Shown here piece by piece: positions 27,821 through 32,000 of a stretch of 32,000 nt of DNA (the first letter of the stretch is position 1; each line of letters begins with the position of its first letter). Source of the stretch: Pseudomonas aeruginosa (GTDB lineage Bacteria > Pseudomonadota > Gammaproteobacteria > Pseudomonadales > Pseudomonadaceae); NCBI RefSeq assembly GCF_001457615.1, contig NZ_LN831024.1, forward strand, positions 330,001-362,000. The letters run 5' to 3'. Position numbers and translations under genes: made by a program. Under the pieces are notes generated by a model. The model was not told the DNA's origin. It did no database searches and worked only from the letters and a program-made list of their open reading frames with translations.

Positions 27821-27926
27821 CCTGGAGCCGTAGCTTGCGTAGGAAAGGTCGGGCGCAGCCCGTTTCCATACAGCGTACAGGCTCTATGCTATGACTATCC
27901 ACGCCCAAACTCCCGAGCCGTTTTCC

Positions 27927-28856
27927 ATGTCCCGAGCTTTTACGCCTCGCCGTCTGCTGCTGGCCGTCCTGCTGGTCGCGCTGGCCGCGCTGGTCCTTCT
28001 TGGCCAGAGCTTCCGCGTCTTCGACCGGGCCTGGTTCGCCGTCCAGGAGTGGCGTCACGCCGATGCCTGGAAAGAGCGCTCGATATGGCTGCCGGACTAC
28101 CGCGTGCGGATCGAGGCGCAGCCCATCGAGGGGTTGAACGACGACGTTTCCGCGCTGACCTTCGATCCCGACCGGCGCACCCTGTTCACCGTGACCAACC
28201 AGCCGGCGCAGATCATCGAGCTGTCCTTGCAGGGCAAGGTACTGCGGACCATCCCGCTGACCGGCTTCGGCGACGCCGAGGCCATCGAGTACATCAGCCG
28301 CGGTGTCTACGTGATCACCGACGAGCGCCAGCAACGCCTGGTCAAGGTGCGCCTGGAGGACGATACGCGCTTCATCGACGCTGCCGATGCCCAGCAGCTT
28401 TCGCTGGGTATCGGCCTCAACGGCAACAAGGGTTTCGAGGGGCTGGCCTACGACGCCGAGGGCAAGCGCCTGTTCGTCGCCAAGGAGCGCGACCCGGTGC
28501 GCATCTACGAGATCCACGGTTTTCCCCACACCCAGGCGGACAAACCGTTCGCCGTGCACGTGGTGGACGACCCCGGGCGCGACAAGCGCCTGTTCGTCCG
28601 CGACCTGTCCAGCCTACAGTTCGACGAGGGCACCGGGCACCTGCTGGCGTTGTCCGACGAGTCGCGTCTGGTAGTCGAGCTGGACACCGACGGCGAGCCG
28701 GTCAGCACCCTGTCGCTGCTGCGCGGCATGCACGGCCTGAAGCGCAGCGTGCCGCAGGCCGAGGGCGTGGCGATGGACGACCGTGGCGTGCTCTACCTGG
28801 TCAGCGAGCCGAACCTGTTCTACGTGTTCAGCAAGGACGAGCCGGCGCAGCCCTGA
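27927..28856 (+). CDS. carP: SdiA-regulated domain / beta-propeller protein CarP
   Basis: MSRAFTPRRLLLAVLLVALAALVLLGQSFRVFDR N-terminal TM; ERSIWLPDYRVRIEAQPIEGLNDDVSALTFDPDRRTLFTVTNQPAQIIELSLQGKVLRTIPLTG. An alternative ATG is at 27891. Confidence 0.9.
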   Translation: MSRAFTPRRLLLAVLLVALAALVLLGQSFRVFDRAWFAVQEWRHADAWKERSIWLPDYRVRIEAQPIEGLNDDVSALTFDPDRRTLFTVTNQPAQIIELSLQGKVLRTIPLTGFGDAEAIEYISRGVYVITDERQQRLVKVRLEDDTRFIDAADAQQLSLGIGLNGNKGFEGLAYDAEGKRLFVAKERDPVRIYEIHGFPHTQADKPFAVHVVDDPGRDKRLFVRDLSSLQFDEGTGHLLALSDESRLVVELDTDGEPVSTLSLLRGMHGLKRSVPQAEGVAMDDRGVLYLVSEPNLFYVFSKDEPAQP

Positions 28857-28866
28857 CGCGGCCTAC

Positions 28867-28887
28867 GGGGACGGCAGGAGCGTCCCC
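28867..28887. terminator. Possible hairpin ggggacg-gcaggag-cgtcccc between convergent carP and aaaA
   Basis: 7-bp perfect stem between convergent genes; no T-run. Confidence 0.4.
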
Positions 28888-28895
28888 TGGCCCGC

Positions 28896-30839
28896 TCAGA
28901 ACTGCCAGTTCACCCCGAGCGAATAGCCCGCCTGGTTGCCTTCGCTGTGGGCGAAGCGGCTGTTGGCTTCGGCGAAGACCCCGAGCTGCTCGGTGATCGC
29001 CAGTTGCGCGCCAAGCTGGGCGCGGCCGAAATCCTTGTCCACGCCGCCCATGTCGGCGACCCGGACACGCCCGTCGCCGCGGCTGGTCAGGTCCATGTCG
29101 TCCAGGCGTCCGTCCGCCAGCTCGCGGACCCAGCGCAGGCTGGCGTAGGGTTGCAGGCGCATTCTCGCGCCCAGCGCCAGCTCGCCGCGCAGGCGCCAGC
29201 CGAGACTCGCCTCCAGCGAGTCGTAGTCCTGCTTCTCGTAGCCGAGTGCGGTACGCAGGGCCTCGTCCTCGCGGAAGTCGTCGATGCGGTAGTGCATGTA
29301 GTCGAGGCCGGCCAGCGGCCCGCTCCGCAGTTCGCCGAAGCTGAAGTCATAGCCGCCTTCCAGCCGGGCGCCCCAGGACCAGGCCGAGGTGTCGCCCGAC
29401 AGACGCTGGTCGAGCAGCACCGGCCCGCCGGCGGCCTGGAGGTAGACCGAACGCTTGCTGTCGTAGCGGGTATGCCCGAGGTTCAGCTCGCCGGCCAGCC
29501 ATTCCGGACCGCCGTCGTTGTACAGGCCGAACAGGCCGAGCTGCCAGGTGTCGCCCTCGATGCGCCCACCATGGTCCAGCTTGTCGCGGCTGCGCTGGAA
29601 GGCCAGGCTGCCGCCGAGGGTCAGGGCCTCGCTGTAGCGGTAGTCGCCGAGCAGATGCACGCCGGCGCGCCTGGACTCCGGATTGCCAGGCATGTCGAAA
29701 CCGCTGTCCGGCGAGACCTCGCCCTCCGCGCCCACCTCGCCGTCGAAGCTGCCTACCGGCCGGTTGCTGCCGAGCAGGGTCAGCCAGCGGCGGTCGTGCA
29801 GGCGGGTCAGTGCCTGGTGCTGGCGCTGCAACTGGTCTTCCATCTGCCGCGCCAGGGCGCCGCCGGAGGCGGTGGAGGCCAGCAGGTCGGCGTTGGTCAG
29901 CTCCAGCACCAGGCGCGTCAGCAGGCGGGAAAAGTCGCGCATGCGTTGCTCGATGCGCTCCTGGCCGAGGGCGTTGGTCAGTACTTCCTTGTTGTCCTCG
30001 GCCGGGTCGTGCCAGGTTGAGCCGCCGGGAATCGCCGGGTTGTCGGTCTGCTCGTAGCCGTCCAGGTCGCCCAGTTCCCAGTTGGTCGCCTCGATGAACA
30101 ACACCGGGATGTCCATCCCGTTGAAGCTTTCGCCGTCGCTGCAGCAGCCGGTACCCGCCGGGTATTCGGCGTTCAGGCCGGGGTTGGTGAACAGCGGGAT
30201 GTCCAGCTCGCGGGCGATGCGCAGGATCTGTTCGCGGTAGGCGCCGAGGGCCGGGTTGGACACGCTGTTGGAGCCGGCATGGGCGTACATCTTGTCGCCG
30301 GTGACCAGGCTGTCGAGGTTGATCATTCCCAGCAGGTTGGCGCGCTGGCTGGCGTCGAGGGACTCGACGTAGGCACGCGAACCGCGCAGGCCTTCCTCCT
30401 CGGCGCCGAAACCGACCACCTCGAGGCCGTTCTCCAGGGCGATGCCGCCGAGGTTGTGGGCGATCTCGGTGAGCACCGCCGCGCCCGAGGCGTTATCGTC
30501 CAGGCCCTGCAGGGTCGGGCGACCGTAGTAGGTGTCGTAGTGCGCGCCGAGTACCAGGAACTTCCCGCTGCTACCGGGCGCCGAGGCGATGACGTTCTGC
30601 GAACTGCGGTTGCCGGCCCAGGTGAAGTCCTGGCGACTGGTCTGGTAGCCGAAGCCCAGGCGCGACTGCATCAGTTCGCTGGCGCCGGCGAAGCTGGCGG
30701 TGCCGCGATAGCGGCCCGGGTAGTCGGTGATCAGGCGCTCCAGGGTCTCCCCGGCGTATTCCCCGTATTGGTAGGCGTTGGCGCCCAACGACAGCGCGGC
30801 ACATCCCAGGCCTACAGCGACAGCTAATGGTTTGAACAC
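28896..30839 (-). CDS. aaaA: Arginine-specific aminopeptidase autotransporter (M28 peptidase passenger, autotransporter beta-domain), AaaA
   Basis: M28 motifs FLVLGAHYDTYYGRPTLQGLDDNASGAAVL and VVGFGAEEEGLRGSRAYV; C-terminal barrel ending ...HSEGNQAGYSLGVNWQF (terminal F). GTG start at 30839 has GAGGAAA at SD distance; ORF track starts at 30917. Confidence 0.93.
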   Translation of the reverse strand: MFKPLAVAVGLGCAALSLGANAYQYGEYAGETLERLITDYPGRYRGTASFAGASELMQSRLGFGYQTSRQDFTWAGNRSSQNVIASAPGSSGKFLVLGAHYDTYYGRPTLQGLDDNASGAAVLTEIAHNLGGIALENGLEVVGFGAEEEGLRGSRAYVESLDASQRANLLGMINLDSLVTGDKMYAHAGSNSVSNPALGAYREQILRIARELDIPLFTNPGLNAEYPAGTGCCSDGESFNGMDIPVLFIEATNWELGDLDGYEQTDNPAIPGGSTWHDPAEDNKEVLTNALGQERIEQRMRDFSRLLTRLVLELTNADLLASTASGGALARQMEDQLQRQHQALTRLHDRRWLTLLGSNRPVGSFDGEVGAEGEVSPDSGFDMPGNPESRRAGVHLLGDYRYSEALTLGGSLAFQRSRDKLDHGGRIEGDTWQLGLFGLYNDGGPEWLAGELNLGHTRYDSKRSVYLQAAGGPVLLDQRLSGDTSAWSWGARLEGGYDFSFGELRSGPLAGLDYMHYRIDDFREDEALRTALGYEKQDYDSLEASLGWRLRGELALGARMRLQPYASLRWVRELADGRLDDMDLTSRGDGRVRVADMGGVDKDFGRAQLGAQLAITEQLGVFAEANSRFAHSEGNQAGYSLGVNWQF

Positions 30840-30934
30840 GGCACTTTCCTCTGTGTCGGTACGATGGTGCATCGAATGATGCTCGCGCCGCGGAAAGCAG
30901 GATGCGGACCGTTTCATGTCCCGGTGGCACGAAG

Positions 30935-30971
30935 TGACGCCTGGTCGACCTGCGGTGTCGCCAGGTTGTAA
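30935..30971 (+). promoter_or_regulatory. ArgR-like tandem site TGACGC-N15-TGTCGC-N8-AA
   Basis: tgacgcctggtcgacctgcggtgtcgccaggttgtaa; 21-bp spacing between half-sites, about 100 bp upstream of aaaA. Confidence 0.5.
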
Positions 30972-31128
30972 GAAGCGTCGCTCCTGGCGATGGGCGGGAA
31001 GCTTCGTGCTGGACGTAGTGTTACCGGCGATGGCCGGTACTGGGGCGTGACTTCCCGTTTCGGGGCTTGGTAACCGCGAGCGGTCGATTTACAGTGCTCG
31101 CCCTGCCGATCTCCTGGATACCCGTCGC

Positions 31129-31854
31129 ATGAACATTTTCCGCGAAGCCCTGCTCAACCGTCGCCTGAAGAAGGCCCTGGCACGTCACGGTTGCCGCATG
31201 GCCAGCGGGGTCGAGACGCTGCGCGACGGCACGCAGGTGACGCTGGAGCCGAACGTGAAGCTGGGCAAGGCGAAGATCCATTCGCCGGCACTGGAGGTCG
31301 GCGCCTATACCGACGTGGTCAGCGGCTGCGAGTTCTTGGAGGTGGCCAGCATCGGCCGCTTCTGCTCGATCGCCACCGGGGTGGTGATCGGTCAGCCGCG
31401 CCGCTCGCATCCAATGCACTGGCTGAGCACCCACGCCTTCACCGCCAATCCGAAGCTGTTGCGCAAGCCGTTGCAGCCCGAGCGCGAAGCGACCCCGGCG
31501 CGGATCGGCCACGATGTATGGATCGGGCGCGACGCGCTGATCCTCGATGGGGTGGAGATCGGCACCGGCGCGGTGATCGGCGCGCAATCGCTGGTCAATC
31601 GCGACGTGCCGCCCTACGCGGTGGTGGCGGGCTCGCCGGCGCGGGTGCTCCGCTATCGCTTCGCGCCGGAGCTGATCGAGCGACTGCTGGCGAGTCGCTG
31701 GTGGGAGTTGCCGCTGGACGTGCTTGGCGAATTGCCGCTGGACGATCCGCAGGCCTGCGTCGAGGCGCTGGAGCGTCGGCCGCCGCAGGCGTGCCAGGAG
31801 GCGCGGCGCTTGCGCATCCGGCACAAGCCGTTCGCCATCGAATGGCTGTCCTGA
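31129..31854 (+). CDS. Hexapeptide-repeat (CatB/LbetaH) acetyltransferase
   Basis: 241 aa; [32 protein letters not shown] ... [55 protein letters not shown]. Confidence 0.87.
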   Translation: MNIFREALLNRRLKKALARHGCRMASGVETLRDGTQVTLEPNVKLGKAKIHSPALEVGAYTDVVSGCEFLEVASIGRFCSIATGVVIGQPRRSHPMHWLSTHAFTANPKLLRKPLQPEREATPARIGHDVWIGRDALILDGVEIGTGAVIGAQSLVNRDVPPYAVVAGSPARVLRYRFAPELIERLLASRWWELPLDVLGELPLDDPQACVEALERRPPQACQEARRLRIRHKPFAIEWLS

Positions 31855-31896
31855 GGCCCGCAGCCGCCGCCGGTGTCGACGGCGGCCAGGGCTGGG

Positions 31897-32000
31897 TCAG
31901 CTTTCGTCGCTGAGACCGGCTTCCGGCGCTGCGCGCTTCACCGACTGCACGCCGGCTTCGGCGTTGGCCTGGCTGGCATAGAGCTGGCTCTGGCCGACGA
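31897..32000 (-). CDS. C-terminal fragment of DUF1508/YegP-like protein (continues beyond window)
   Basis: Reverse-strand reading ...VGQSQLYASQANAEAGVQSVKRAAPEAGLSDES*; resembles the repeat unit of YegP-like proteins. Confidence 0.6.
   Translation of the reverse strand, partial: VGQSQLYASQANAEAGVQSVKRAAPEAGLSDES

Noticed and set aside
27591-28559. 322-aa minus-strand ORF opposite carP
   Set aside because: Antisense shadow; carP on the plus strand has TM and propeller motifs matching its paralog.
31021-31824. 267-aa minus-strand ORF opposite the acetyltransferase
   Set aside because: No domains; the plus strand shows clear hexapeptide repeats (IG..VWIG..A.I..GV.IG.GAVIGA).

Overview
The window reads as an ordinary, densely coding, high-GC Pseudomonas aeruginosa core-genome segment, recognised from protein sequences and gene order as roughly PAO1 PA0301-PA0329. 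No rRNA, tRNA, CRISPR array, transposase or phage genes were seen. Left to right it contains: the polyamine uptake genes spuE-spuF-spuG-spuH; a penicillin-acylase-type AHL acylase (hacB/PA0305); an AraC-type regulator; small exported, hydrolase, thioredoxin-like and 2OG-oxygenase genes; a polar amino acid ABC permease and binding protein; a DUF4399 protein; serA divergent from a D-2-hydroxyglutarate dehydrogenase-type flavoprotein; an FAH-family hydrolase; a polyamine/calcium-associated block (SdiA-regulated-domain paralog, carO, acetylpolyamine amidohydrolase, APC transporter, a second full spermidine/putrescine ABC transporter, carP); the M28 aminopeptidase autotransporter aaaA; a hexapeptide acetyltransferase; and the start of a DUF1508-like gene running off the edge. 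I did not find a convincing new multi-gene system. The most interesting signals are regulatory or micro-structural: (1) an exact 28-bp duplication of the spuG end / spuH start that creates a 29-codon mini-ORF preserving ATGA overlaps on both sides; (2) four TTAAG/TTCAG half-sites at exactly 11-bp spacing upstream of carO, with the last pair and the distance to a TAGCyT element repeated upstream of carP; (3) an ArgR-like tandem motif upstream of aaaA; (4) compact hairpins at several convergent gene junctions.
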